A stretch of DNA of 61,189 nucleotides, filler included, from Bipalium vagum (Eukaryota), in NCBI GenBank assembly GCA_037834085.1. It is 3 parts of 3 records of this genome, joined end to end, with 100 filler letters (N's around TTAATTAATTAA, not from the genome) between each part and the next. Parts side by side here need not be neighbours in the genome. Positions count along the whole stretch, not along the records: positions 25,365 to 42,916 come from JBBMKC010056277.1; positions 43,017 to 61,189 come from JBBMKC010037736.1; 1 more part is not named here. One strand, written 5' to 3'. Below are positions 35,436-48,900 of the stretch, piece after piece (within the stretch, counting starts at the first letter, position 1; the number at the start of each line of letters is the position of its first letter). Under the pieces are notes generated by a model. That model searched no databases, was not told the DNA's origin, and was given only the letters and a program-made list of their open reading frames with translations. The translations under genes and the position numbers were made by a program.

Positions 35436-38400
35436 TTGTGTAAATGAAGCAATCAGAGAATTTATAACAATAGTTTATCATGTTGTTTATATTTTTTTAT
35501 TTTTGTTTAAGAATAATTTTTTCAAGGGTTTATAAATAATGGACCCATTTATAAACTTAGAACAACTTCACATTAAAATTAAAAAATTGTGAACTTTTTA
35601 TAAATTTCAATTTATTATTCTTCATTGATTAAATAAGACCAAATTTATATTTCATGAAACACTTAACTCTCAAAGAACGAAATATAGGAAAAGGTATTAC
35701 TATAATATAATTTCCCGAAATACGATATATTTCGTTTTAAAAGTAAAAAAAGATTTAGATGCGGAATTGGAATTTTGAACCCTACAGAATATAAAAAATG
35801 TACATGATTATGAACTTAATTAATTTAAGATTTCGATGAGTATTTAGCCTTACTTCACTGCTCAAATGAATTTATTTTTAAATTCGCGACATGTAAATTC
35901 TTTAAAAAAAATTATCCTGTACCTTTAGTTCTTTTTCATTAATGTCTAACAATAATTTCAAAAAAAGCAACTTTTTAAAATACTTTTAACTAAGTTTTAA
36001 CATATTAAAATGGGTAGGTTCAAGAAATTGAGAAAAGGGAAAATTATTAATTAATTAAAATTTTTGTCAATGAAATTTTCACAAACCCTTAGCATTCAGC
36101 TGCTCAATAAAATTAATAGATTTTTATTTTTTTTTAAAAATTCCAGTCTACTTCTTCCTCTTTCGGCTGTTACAACATCCGGTTCAATCAAAATCTGAAA
36201 AAATTGTTCTGAAACTTACTTGAACCTTTCAGCTTTTTGAAACTGGGTACATTTTAGTTTTTAAGTATTTATGAGAAAATAAAATGAATAGAAATGTACG
36301 TATTATAAAAGCGAAGTATTACCCAGAAAATATAATAAAAAACGAGTGAATAAAGTTGATAAGAATATTTTTGTGAAAAAACTAATATCAAGAATTTGAA
36401 CAGAAATAAAGTCAATAAAAGGATTTTAAAGACTCAAATTTATAATATCCAGATGATCGCAACAAAGTCTATCATTATAAATAATTATTTTATATTTAAT
36501 TTAAATTACTTTTTTTATTTCTAAATATTTAAATATTTATCTTAATTGTGCTTTTTTATTATTAGATATTCTTTTAATTTTTAATGAAAATTGTATTAAT
36601 TTTCATTATCTATTATTAATATTTTTATTTTTTATCATTATTGTATTATAGTACTCAATAAATTAATATCTTTACAAAGCCTTTGTAATTAACTCGTGTT
36701 TTCTGTTATCTAAAGATGATAAATAATATTATAATAAAAGAAAATCGTTTCATTTCAGCTGACAATTCCATTTATTTTAGTCTTCTAGTTAACATAAAGA
36801 AGATTCAAAAATTAAACCTGTAATTTTCTCGTTCATTTTGTTTCTTGAAGTAAAGATCCAATATCATTTCTGAATGGATTCTACACGTTTTAAAGACCAA
36901 AACAAGTCTATTCAAAGTAAAACCTAAATGCACCTGATGCCTCAAGTGTTGAGTTTTTTCAAAGAACACGTGTTCATCCCAAGTTCAATTACATGTCTCT
37001 TTTTCATGGAGATTTAAAATATTAAAACCAGAGAGATTTATCATTGTAAAATATCGAAAAATAAATCGATCAGATCATCTTTGAAAAATAATTAATAGGA
37101 AATTTATCAAACATGAGAATTCTCATAGATTTATTGATTTTTTGCTACTTTGTTTATTTAAAAATCCATTCTCATCGGAAAATGTTTAGTATTATTTATT
37201 TTTCTAAAAATATTTTACTATTATTTCTGAATTCAATTTTCTTCTCTCAGAAATCTCTTTCACCAATGATTATTTCTTGAGTTATTAACGAAAGCCTGCT
37301 CAACAGAGACCATGCCTTATGTCTATTGTTTATTGTAATTGTAATCAGATGATTTCGTCGACTTAAAATTATCAATTATTATCGAAATTTCATCAATAAA
37401 AAATTTGATTAAAAATAAATTGAGTTTCATCTTCGAAAATTAAAATAGATTTACAATTTATCATTGTTCATTTCTTGAAATAAACTCATCTCGACCACCC
37501 TTAAATTTTTGTCCGTTAAACTTTTTCAATTCTCTTTTTGATTTTGTGACAAAAATGTCTTTACTACAGAGATCTATTATCTACGTGACTTTAAGATTTT
37601 TAATTATGTTTTTATCTACCAAAAATTTTTACCAAATTTGCTCCTTTTTCTATTTTTTTACAATTAATTATTTGAAGGTTTAGAAGAATTATATTAATAT
37701 TCTTTGTTTTACTAATCTTCACCTTCTTCCTTGAAATTAAATCCACATTAATTATTTTTATTTATAATAATTATTCTATTTTAAAATTTCTTTAATAAAA
37801 ATCACCAGAAAAATTTTAGATGGAACGCCAATTTTTGATTTTCAAAATATTTTTAAACGTATTCTATTTATTAAATGTAATAAATATTTTTCCTTTTAAT
37901 CAGTTAAAGATTATTTTAGAATAATAAACTTATATATATTTAAAATTAATCAAGTTATTATGAATTTTATATAATTTAATATTTTTTTTTAAGTTTGTGT
38001 ACGAATTTTAAAAAATAATAAATTATTTGAAAATAAATTTCTATTAATTTAATTATGACGGCAATACCATTCCTTGGTTCAACTACATTCTATTTTGACA
38101 CCTGTCATTTTTTTAAGAATCAAATCTTTGAGTAACTTGATTGTTAGAATGTTCAAAGATTTTTGAGATTTACCATAAATGGGACCATCGTTGATGTTCT
38201 TGTTATAAAAATATAAATTTCTAACAATGACATTTCGTATCTGTTCAATAAAACATTGCTTGACTTCATTGACAGCGTTCTTTTACCATTTCCTTTATAT
38301 TCTATACCTTTAACATTTATTTTCAAGTCTTAAAATTGGATTACCTTTATGATTTCTTAGCCTTTCCCTTTGTCTTTTATAATTATTATAATTTTCTTTT

Positions 38401-39569
38401 AATAATAAAATTCTGAAATGACATTCATTAATATTCTTCCTAAATAAACCATCTTTTCTGAATTTTATAGGTGACAAAACATAAGGTAAATCAATTGGTC
38501 TTTAGATTATTGATTCAGACTCATCAAAACCATAACTCATTCCTTATTTCTGTTGTCCGGAAAACTTAGTTTTCCAAATCAATCACAATAATAATAAAAA
38601 TTTGTAAATAGAATAAGAAAACTGAAATGATAGTGAACATCAAATTCTTCACAAGACAGTGACCAGAAAATTCATATGACATTTACAAATTATTTACAAG
38701 AATAATGTGCAAAATAAAGAGATGTAAAAAAGCAAAAAGATCACTTCGAAAATTCAAATAATGATGAGAATGTGGCCAAAATTCACTCACTAATTGAAAA
38801 AGACAATAAAAAAAATAATACATTCTTCGTACAAAATTATTTTATCTCGCATTTTAAACAATGTATAAAATTATTTGATTTAAATATCTTGATTATATCA
38901 AACATACCATGGAAAAATGATTTACTTCTCAAAAGTCAAATATCTACAAAACATATTTTAACAAACTCGAAGAACATTTAAGGTGCTTATTTAGAAATAT
39001 CCTTAAAATGTTATTATTTTATTGATCGTTTTGTTTCAATAGATTTTAATAATTATTTAAAACAACAGCCTGTCTTCTTTATAAATGATTTTATTACCAT
39101 TATTTATTTATGTAAAAGCTCTAGGTATTCTTTTTGTGAACAAACAATATTCCCAAATTAAATTAAAACCCGATAATTATGTTGAATGGAATTATTATGC
39201 TTAATATCAATAGGAAAAATAATTGCGGTGATTAAAGCAAAACATGAGGCAAATAAAGGAGAGTCGAAAATTAAAATAAAAAAATTGAGCATAATTTTTT
39301 GAAATTCATTTTCTGTCAATTAACTTAAGAGAAAATTATTGGGAACAGTTTTGGCTTCCACTTTATTTTTTTCGTTGTTATACGTTATCATTTTTATAAA
39401 TCAAAAATTATCTGGCAACAAAAAAAATTGGAAAATATTTTGCCAATATTATTTTCGGTAATTATGTACGGTTTTCAAAATTGATATAAATGGCAATCAA
39501 AAAATTATTTTTTGGCCACACAAAAATATGGTTTTACAAATAAAAATCCAATTATGATTGCAACTTAAG

Positions 39570-39810
39570 TGGATCCCCGGCACTCGTTCAGTGTTCAACT
39601 CATCAGACAATTTAACAACAGAGCAATTCTCCAACGAATTCTGTCAACGAAGGCAGGGTTACAATCAATGAGAGAAATTTTAAACGCAGTCCTCCTCCAA
39701 CAGTTATTAAATTGCTGAAAAAAATCCGAACAAAAATGCAGACGCTCCGCAATCTTTTCACTGAGCTCAAAAATTGTCGGTCTTACATCGTCCATTGGCG
39801 AAATGTAATC
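39570..39810 (+). mobile_element. Possible MULE transposase C-terminal remnant
   Basis: SVFN...PTNSVNEG...PPTVIKLLKKIR loosely resembles WSVY..RTNNxxEG..HPxIW. Confidence 0.25.
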
Positions 39811-40295
39811 GTGTTATTTGTTTTTTTTATGATCAAACAGTTTCCATTTGGCGTTAAAAAAACATCCCATGTGTAGAGTACCCAAAAAAGAAAGTTCACG
39901 ACATCTGACCCCATTTTAAACGCTAGCTTCCATATTGATTTTTAAGGATCAATTAATTCTAATACGATGTATCAATAAAATATCGATTTTATCAACAATA
40001 TTTATCGATTTTCTGTATTTAAGAAAAAAAAGTATCCTCACTCTTAAAAAATGTGTTAATTTCATATCATGAGAAATTTTAATTTTAAAATTATAAATTA
40101 AATAATGAAAAGTATTTAATTTGATAAAAATGTTAATAAAATCACAAAATAATTTAATTTTAAAGTTAAATAACGTTTATTATACATATGTGTATGATAC
40201 ATGTAATAAAGCAAAATTTAATAAAACAACTTTAATAGATTAAATCAATTATTAGATTAAATCAAAATATTAAAAAATTAAAAATCTCAGTCATA

Positions 40296-40946
40296 CAGGT
40301 TTATGCAGAAATATATAGAAAAATATTCAAAATATATATAATTCTATGCAAAAATATATATAATTCTATTCAAAATATATAGAAAAATATTCGATTTTTT
40401 CTATTTAAATTTGATCACATTTTAGTCAGCCAAAAATATCAGCTGCACGGTTGATATTAAAATGTCAGGTTTCATTGTTTTGTCATCTGTTTTTTATTAA
40501 ATCAAATTTACAGGAATTTTATGCTTCGAAATCAGAGACGGATCTTTCAATGGACTTTATTAGTGACAAGGTATGCAATCATTTCGATCGAAATCCTGGA
40601 GATGTATTGGTGATGGACAATTGCAGGTTCCATCACCGCCAAGATGTTATTAAGTTGCTTACAGATTTCTGCCACCATACTCGCATCAGCTACAATTCGC
40701 AAATACTGTATCATCATTTATTAGAACCATTTTAGATCGTGAAGATTGATTACTCAAGTACTCGTGCATAACGATATAGATTAAAGTGATTATTTTCGCA
40801 TCATGAGGCGGTTTATAGAAAATCCTTAGCGAGACAATAATTTATTTAGTGCACATTTCCATTATATATCTAAATATTTTTCTATATATTTTGAATAATT
40901 TTCTATATATTTTGAATATTTTTCTATATATTTCTGCATAATCCTG
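40296..40946 (+). mobile_element. IS630/Tc1-like (DDE_3) deleted element with repeat-built TIRs and TA TSD
   Basis: TA|cagg(t/a)ttatgcagaaatatatagaaaaatattcaaaatatata at both ends in inverted orientation; internal VLVMDNCRFHHRQDVIKLL and FLPPYS. Confidence 0.85.
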
Positions 40947-41262
40947 TAATTTAATTAATTTTTACTTCGTGATTTGTTTGAAAGAATAGGTATTATCAAC
41001 ATGGCATCTTTATTATAAACATGGCGACCACGAAAATTATTTAAAAATCACAAAATAACATCATTCTTGACACAGACCAACAGAGACCGTTTAGCTTTTG
41101 TATTTGACTTGACAGAACTCCATTTTGACGATGTGACAAAAACCCTTTGTTAATAAATTTAAAAAAACCTTTAAACTGTCTTGGGTTAACAAATCATTTA
41201 CTAATAGATTAGCGAACTTTCTATAATTAGGTGGAGTTGAAAATCGACAAAGCGTCGGTAGA

Positions 41263-41713
41263 TCATTCAGTAAACCTTTTATTGGGTCTTTGTCGTCGTT
41301 TTTTACTTAGTCTCACTTTATAGACAAGATGATCTACGATGGAATAATAAGTATCCACTGTCAAACTGCTGTATCATGAGACAGATCGTCTCCTAGAACT
41401 TTAAACCTAAACTTTCCCAACAAATGAAGAGAAACTAGTTCAAAAATATTGTGAAACGGTACAAATGTTTCCCTTTCCTGGGCCACCCACGAAAATATGT
41501 CACGAGACAGTTACTTTATCAAAGTGAGCTCAAACCCAAAAATGTCACTGGTCAATTCAGCTGAAAACAGAGTCAACAAACACAATAGTGAAAATTACCT
41601 TTGTCCATGGACATCAAGTAATTGGCCTCTTCGAAACCTTTGAATTTGGAGACTTTGTACGGAAATGTTGACTTGACATTCACTTTTGAAAACACATTGC
41701 TTTGATTTTCCAT
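41263..41713 (-). CDS. Putative small spliced orphan ORF (88 aa; exons 41713-41599, 41560-41515, 41368-41263)
   Basis: GT-AG introns of 38 and 146 nt give MENQSNVFSK...MDKAELTSDIFGFELTLINSLTVDTYYSIVDHLVYKVRLSKKRRQRPNKRFTE*; no homology recognised. Confidence 0.3.
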
Positions 41714-42916
41714 ATGAAATTAAGAACGTTGGGATCTCACTGAACTTCGCTCGCAATTTTGAAAATGTTTCGGAGAAAAAGAAAATTTCCTGCAAGAACA
41801 GATATAAAAAAGGTAAAATGTTTATTGTCCATTTTCAATTTTTTAATGATATATTTCTTAATTGTCAGTAAGTTGTGCACCATTATCAAAGCGCGAAATC
41901 ATATAAATTAATTGAGATTGTTTAAAAAAATTTAAATCAGTGTTAATGATAATAACAATTACGTTAAACAAAATTTTTGTAAAAATAATGACATTTTAAT
42001 AATTAACAGTTTTATGATTTCTTATAAAATTAATTCATAAGTAAAATAAAACTTTAAATTATATTTCTAATGTTAATAATAATGTATAAAGGTTAAAAGA
42101 ATTAAATATTTTGTAAATATTTCAAAACTTTTTAAAATTAACAAAAATGGATTAAATAGGAAATAATAAATCTTTAGATAAGACATTATAAAATTAAACA
42201 AAAAATCGCATTACTTTAATCAAATAATAAATTGATATATTGACTAGAATACTATTTGAATTTCATACATTTACACTACCTTTATTGATTCGACTAAACA
42301 TTGATACTATTTCAATAGTTAATTTTATTTCATTTGGAATTAAAATTATGATTTTAAAAATATATAAAACTATTTTTCAGAAGATAATTTAAAATTTAAT
42401 TAAAAAGTGTTTAGGTTTTTATATCTGAAATAAATAAATTTTAGAAATAAAAACTTAATTAAATAAGAAAATCAATGAAGATATAAATCTCAAATCTGTA
42501 CTGTGGTATTACTATGAAATACTTAATATTTTAAACAACATATTGTGTTATTCTTAAGACTAACAAGTGTAAACAACGTTTTACGCAAGTTATATCAAAC
42601 TATCATCAATACTACTGTGGGGATCCACATAAAAAGAGGTCCCAGCACCAATCAACTCAAATTTAAAGCCCGCAAAGGAGCCGGAACAGCTACAGCCAGA
42701 GCAAGAGCTTATGAAGGATGATTCTCCAAAGCACATTATTGACAATTAACAAATATTTTTATTACATTTTGGCTTTAAAATTGTGCATGAAAAGCCTTGT
42801 TAGGCTTACTTTCTTTTATATTCTGACTCGTTTTATGTCATTTTATATTTTATAAAAAATAATAATATTTAATTTATATATCAGTTTTTAATTAATATAA
42901 ATAAATAAAATAATAA

Positions 42917-43016
42917 NNNNNNNNNNNNNNNNNNNNNNNNNNNNNNNNNNNNNNNNNNNNTTAATTAATTAANNNNNNNNNNNNNNNNNNNNNNNNNNNN
43001 NNNNNNNNNNNNNNNN
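42917..43016. other. Assembly spacer N44-TTAATTAATTAA-N44
   Basis: Identical 100-bp linker to the first gap. Confidence 0.97.
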
Positions 43017-43239
43017 TTTTCTTTTTTTAGATTGACTCATTTTACAAAGGTCTACAAATAAATAATTTAATTAATACAATAAAATAAAACCAAGGTTTTA
43101 AAATTTTACTTACAAAAAGTCCACTTTTTCAATTTTATATTTGCAAATTAATATTTACACTCGCCCATTTTATTACGCCTATTATACATACAGTACACAC
43201 ACTAATAATGTTGATGTCAACAAAATTTCATAAAAGAGT

Positions 43240-43293
43240 TTAAAAAAATTTGCGTGCGGAATTTTTCAACGGGCCGGCTTTTGGCCACCCCTG
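43240..43293. mobile_element. hAT (Charlie-like) element terminus
   Basis: GC-rich cgggccggcttttggccacccctg; reverse complement starts CAGGGGTGGCCAA, typical of hAT TIRs. Confidence 0.55.
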
Positions 43294-43329
43294 CATTAAA
43301 GTGACGCCAAAACATAGCAGATAATTAAA

Positions 43330-43780
43330 ACTGTCTATTGGAAAGATGACATATTTCGAGTGCTAGACAGAGTGTTCAAACCCTGAAGAATTAATCTGAA
43401 AACAATTTACAAAATTGTGTGAAATTCTTAGTAATGCTAATGTTCCTACCAGACTCACTGATGAAATCAATAATATCCCGAAGATATCTGTACACCATAA
43501 TTTAAAAACACATTCAAAAAGTACAGCACGTTTTTTATTTCACTCTCCAATTGATGATCGTACTGAGCTTTAAGTTCTCACTGTCATCAGTTGAACCGAA
43601 CAGTGGATTCAAATCAAAGATTGACATGAAACATTTTATGATTCACGAAATGTTATGGTTTCAATATGAACCCATTACAAAATAGCAAAGACTTAAATGG
43701 ATATCTTCAGATAAACGAACACCAAAACGTTTAATTTCTAAGAAACCGAATGAAAACGTGACTAAATTTTCGATCAAATA
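43330..43780 (+). mobile_element. Mariner relic
   Basis: Degenerate HTH and ETW.FQYEP.TK.Q..KW...PK-like remnants. Confidence 0.55.
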
Positions 43781-44892
43781 TATATCATATTATTATTATT
43801 TTATTTATTTATATTTTTATTCATTATATATTTGAAAATATTATTTATTTTATTAATATTGTGTACTTTAAATTATAAAATTTAACAATAATAATTTCCA
43901 ATCGACCCCGAAGCATCATTTTGCGCTAAATTACCACAGGTTCTGTACTGTTACTCATTAAAACATTAAAAAATTAAAACTTGTAATTTAAAATACCCCC
44001 ACGTTGTAAAATTTATATAATTGAAAAATTAAAACAATCTCACAAGATTTATTATTTTTAATTTCCTTCATGAAAGTCGTGATGAATTTATCACTTTCAG
44101 TACACATTTTAATTGCAATCTGTACAAAAAATTAAACTGAATCGGAATGGAACGTTAATATTGCTCTAAAATCTAATAAATTTAATTTTAAAATTTAATT
44201 TTAATTTCAAAAAATTTATTTAAATTCATTTAAACAAATAAGACGTAATTATCAATATAATTTATTTAAAAATGTAAAAATTTTTTAATAAATAAAGTTT
44301 TTGGGAAAATGTTTATTTAATTAGAAATCGTTCTTTATTATTAAAGATTTTCCATTGTTAAATTCTAAAAGGAAAAATAAAAGACGAATTTCACGTTCAG
44401 TATAAATTATATTGATCAGATAGTTTTAATAGATCGTAATTATTTACAAGGACATTGGGAAATCTTTATTCCATTTTCCCGAATCAATAAATTTCTAAGC
44501 TTAAATCCCAAATTAATTTTATATCATTTATACGATTTTATATAAAAAAGAATTTTCCCTCTTACTTAATGATAACAATGGACATCAATTAATGTTGAGT
44601 AGAGAACACTAAAAAATTTTGGTTAAGCGTTATTTTGATTAAAATGGAAAACATTACTTTTAGTCTCTTTGTAGAAAACTCTCTCATTAATTTGATACAT
44701 TTCTGAAAAAAAAATTTTAACAGATAATTTATTAATTTTACTTTTTACAAAAATTTCGATTTTATAATTAAATTAATTTAATCTATGAAGAATTCTGATT
44801 CATCAGAATTATTATTTATTTATGTAATTAATTTTTATATTTAATTATGTTTCAGATAAAATTATAAATATCCCCTTTTTAAAATTTGTATT

Positions 44893-44893
<1 letters not shown>

Positions 44894-44938
<45 letters not shown>
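44894..44938. repeat. (TAA)15 microsatellite
   Basis: Direct inspection. Confidence 0.95.
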
Positions 44939-44943
<5 letters not shown>

Positions 44944-45161
44944 ATGTATTGCATAGTAATTTTGTTTATTTATTCTCTTAGAATTCATTTTTAAACGAAA
45001 ACAGAATATATATCAACGAAATATTTCCAAAATTATTTATATTTCTTAATTACGAAAAAAAGTACATATTTTAAAATTTATATTTAAATTATTTTTTAAA
45101 CAATTAAACTAGTTTAAAATAACAAAAAATTTTTAAAATATTTATGAATTTAATATCGAAA

Positions 45162-45620
45162 TTAATACCGGAACGAAATTTTTTGAAACCAGTATTGTCC
45201 TTGGCGTAGTGACAGAACATCATCTCCATGAACGTATATCATTTTTTTCCTTGCCGCATTTGCATTTTTACCTTTTCTGAAATAAAAAAGTAATAAATGT
45301 CTGAAAGGGTCTTTCCCTAACCTAGCAAAATATATGAAATTTAAACAAAATGAAAAATATATCATACTATAAATATCGTTTCTATTCTATAAAATTTATC
45401 ATGCGATAATACTTCAAATTATTTTTATTGCCTTAAAATATGAAGAAAATATATATTTAATTATTAAGTATAAAATGTACGAGTTTAAGACAAAACATTT
45501 ATTAAAGAAATCTTTAAGAAGGAACAAGGGAATCAATCGAAGTATGAACCATAGGAAAGAATACACTTCTGCAATCTCGACTTTGAAAAAAACGCAATTA
45601 CTTTCCGAACAACCTAATAT
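45162..45620 (-). mobile_element. Mariner 5' portion (mellifera-type) with TIR
   Basis: FRHLLLFYFRKGKNANAARKKMIYVHGDDVLSLRQGQYWFQK; TIR tattaggttgttcggaaagtaattgcgtttt at about 45590-45618. Confidence 0.8.
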
Positions 45621-46679
45621 ACATAATTAAAATAAATAATTAAAAACCCGAAATAATGTCAAATGTGTCAATTTTCACATTATTACCTGAAAAAGAAATT
45701 TATAAAAGTTAAAATTACAAGTCTATATATAAAAAGGACATCTCATTACGATAAAAACTGAAATATAAATAAAACAAATTTGAGTGTTAAAACTGCACTA
45801 AAAACAACAAAGATGAAATCGGAGTGCTAACGACTTAAATAAAAATAATTTGGCGCCTTCTTTTTGATTTAAGCTTTGAATAATCTTTTGATGAAATTAT
45901 TTCTCCTTTAATTTTCTTTTCTTTTCATATTTCATCACCATTCATATAAAAAGAAAAGTAATTAAATAATATTGACATTATTGTAATAAGGTAATAATTC
46001 AATAATATTAATTATCTGGCATGTAACTTTGATGTAAATATTTTCTATAATCCATAATATATCAAAATTCATTATTAATGGTGATTTATATCGCATTATT
46101 TGTATTATAATGAAATGATATATAGAAAAATAATCTTATTATACTAATTAGTATTATATCCCATGGGTGGTATTTTTAGGATATATTTTTTATTTATATT
46201 TTTTATTGAATAAAATAGGAGGGAAGTCAACGAGGTTATTGTAATGTTTAATATAAGTTAACCAAATATTTCAGTCTTGAATTTAAAATAAAGAATGAAT
46301 ATATCAATGACGATATATTGGAAATGACAAGATATTAAGTTCAGTATGAATGGCACCGGTAATAAGACAATATTAATAATATATTTTCCCTTGGGTTGTA
46401 AATATACGATCTATATGACTTGCTCGTATTTAACAAGCTTGGAAGTTACCTAAGACTTCACATTATATTATTATTATTATTTATTTCTTCTTGTTAATAT
46501 TAATCTAAATATTAAAATAATTAACGATAAAATATTTTTCCATATAACCCTAAAAACATTTTCCACTTTCACTCTTTTCAAGTCAGTGTTACTTTTATTC
46601 TAGGACGATCAACTTCTTTCTTGTATTTTTATTTAACTTTATTAATTAACTTTATTAAATTCATACATTTTAAGCCGTT

Positions 46680-48245
46680 TAAAAATGAGCAAACGAAGGA
46701 GTGATCAGCAGTTAGAATAAAATAGTGCAGGAAATGTATTAGGTTGTACCATAATTTTTCATTAGTATGAAGAGAATCAAAGAAAAGACCTTGAAATTGT
46801 TCTCATTAAGAAAAATTTAAAATATGAAGCTCGAGAATTTATAAATACCCGTTTAGTTGGCCGTTTCAGAAAGGGATTTATTTTATTTCATAATGTACAC
46901 ATTAATAGGAGAAGCGGTCCTAAGATTTCCCAATACATGTCTTGTGAAAAAACACCTTAAAAACTTTTTAGGCCTAAAAGAAAAAAATGGTAAATGTCGT
47001 CTAGCCCCTTTTGGGAAGAATGCCTTCAGAAAAAAAATTTATGTTGAACCATATATTGATAAATCGTTCACAAAACCCACGTCTTCTTAAATAATCTGGA
47101 AAGCAAGCAAGAGGTGATGGGTGAAAAAGTAACTTTTAAAAGATTGGTTTAATCCGTACAAAGCTATGATAAATAATAACCTTGACTTTAAAGTAATTTT
47201 GCTCTCATAGCTTGGGATTCTTGATGATTAAATACAAATATCAAATTATTTTACCCAAATACTACATGCATTCTAGAACCTATGGATCAAGTAGAAATCT
47301 CTACCTTCAATGCTTACTTATTCACAAAAAATTTTAAACAAGATATCGATTTTTCAAATTGAGAAAAATCAATTTCCATTCTTTTATTTTTGAGAAATTA
47401 CAATATAAGTAACACAATTGAAAATATTCGTATTTTGCTGATAAACGTTACGCACAGAAAGTTGAAAACTGTATGGTATCGCTTCCTACTTCGCTACTCT
47501 AACGACCTTATTGGATTCACAACGCAAATTTTTAGTGTTTGTAATGAAATTACAGTTGCAGGATAATAGTTTTGTTTTTAAGATTTGGATTACGGAAATT
47601 TCAATGTGTTATTGAATTCTCATTTAGAACTTGATGAAGATAACCTTTTCATTATTGATAACCAAAGAACTTAAGAAGGATTGGATGGAGAATCACCAGC
47701 TCCATCTTTGAAAAGAGTAATCACTCCGAAGAATTTCACACATATCTTAAACTTTACAGAATTTAGAACAACAATGTATTGACGCATATTCAGGTCCGAG
47801 TTTGCAGAAACTTAAATTCAGTTTTGTTACTATATTTAGAAATATATCACAAATTGCGATAGGAAAATACTTTCCAAACAACCCTTTCAAAATTCTTAAC
47901 TAAAACGATTAATAGAGGATGTTAGATAAATAACGCAAAATTTCGTCGTTAAAAGTTCATGAAAATTCTGAATATATATGTTCATGTACCTGTCTCGTTT
48001 AATTAAGAGCATTGTTTTTTATTTTCCTCTATTGTTCGCTTTTAAAAGAAATTTCTTTATTATAAGATTTTTATAATACCGTTTTTTTATTTTCTTTTTT
48101 ACTTTTTAAATAAGTTAAAAATATGGAACTTACTACAACTTTCCTTTTGACCGTATAGTTTAATTAATACAGATTTAATTAATGACGGTCATTTCAGGAT
48201 CGAATTAATTGAGTTAATCTGGGTTTCTTGTAGGTATTTCCTTGA
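46680..48245 (+). mobile_element. Decayed Tigger/pogo-like element
   Basis: HLKNF motif; YFTQILHAF..PMDQVEISTFNAYL resembles FLPPNTTSLLQPMDQGVISTFKAYY; many stops. Confidence 0.6.
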
Positions 48246-48379
48246 AACTGAATATTAACCAGTCTACTTATTTTCATACTTGGAAATCCTAGAGTAAATA
48301 ACGCTTCAAAACCCAAGCAGTAACAATATCACCTCCATAATTTTATCTAAATATCAAAACAGAAATATCTTTTTAAAAT

Positions 48380-48900
48380 CTCATATGGAACCAAAAATAG
48401 ACTGGTATGAAGACTTTTTACATAAACCTATAAGACACCTAGGAATTGCATAGGAAATATTTGAAAGACACCTAGTTGAGGTCTCCAAGACATGTAGAAG
48501 ATCATTAAGAAAGAAAGAGAGAAAAATAAAAGAAATGTTCCGACTTATAAATAATATGACTTTGTGACAAAACGGAAGTAGAAGAGAATTTGTTAAAAAT
48601 GCAAGAAAAATTTCAGGCAGCAGCAAAACTGAACTGTATCGATAAAACTGATAAAATAGAAGATATAGATAATTTCAAGTATGGATAAAAATAAGTTACG
48701 ACATTTGAGAAAATTATATTTGGTTCAAGATCAATCTAGGATAAAAGAATTAACCAGTAACTAAGTGTGAATATATACTATCTTGAAACCTCGACCGAAT
48801 AAAGAAAAGAAATCTAATGGAGTCACAGAAAATGTCCATCTGTGTCCAAAATGTCCAAAATGTTCCTACCCGGCTTAAAGGAATCACAATAAGAAATAAA
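48380..48900 (+). mobile_element. R4/NeSL-like non-LTR retrotransposon C-terminal relic
   Basis: WIK...YLVQDQ (cf. ETEGFIxAxQDQ), TENVHLCPKCPK and RNHNK (CCHC/RHN region). Confidence 0.4.
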
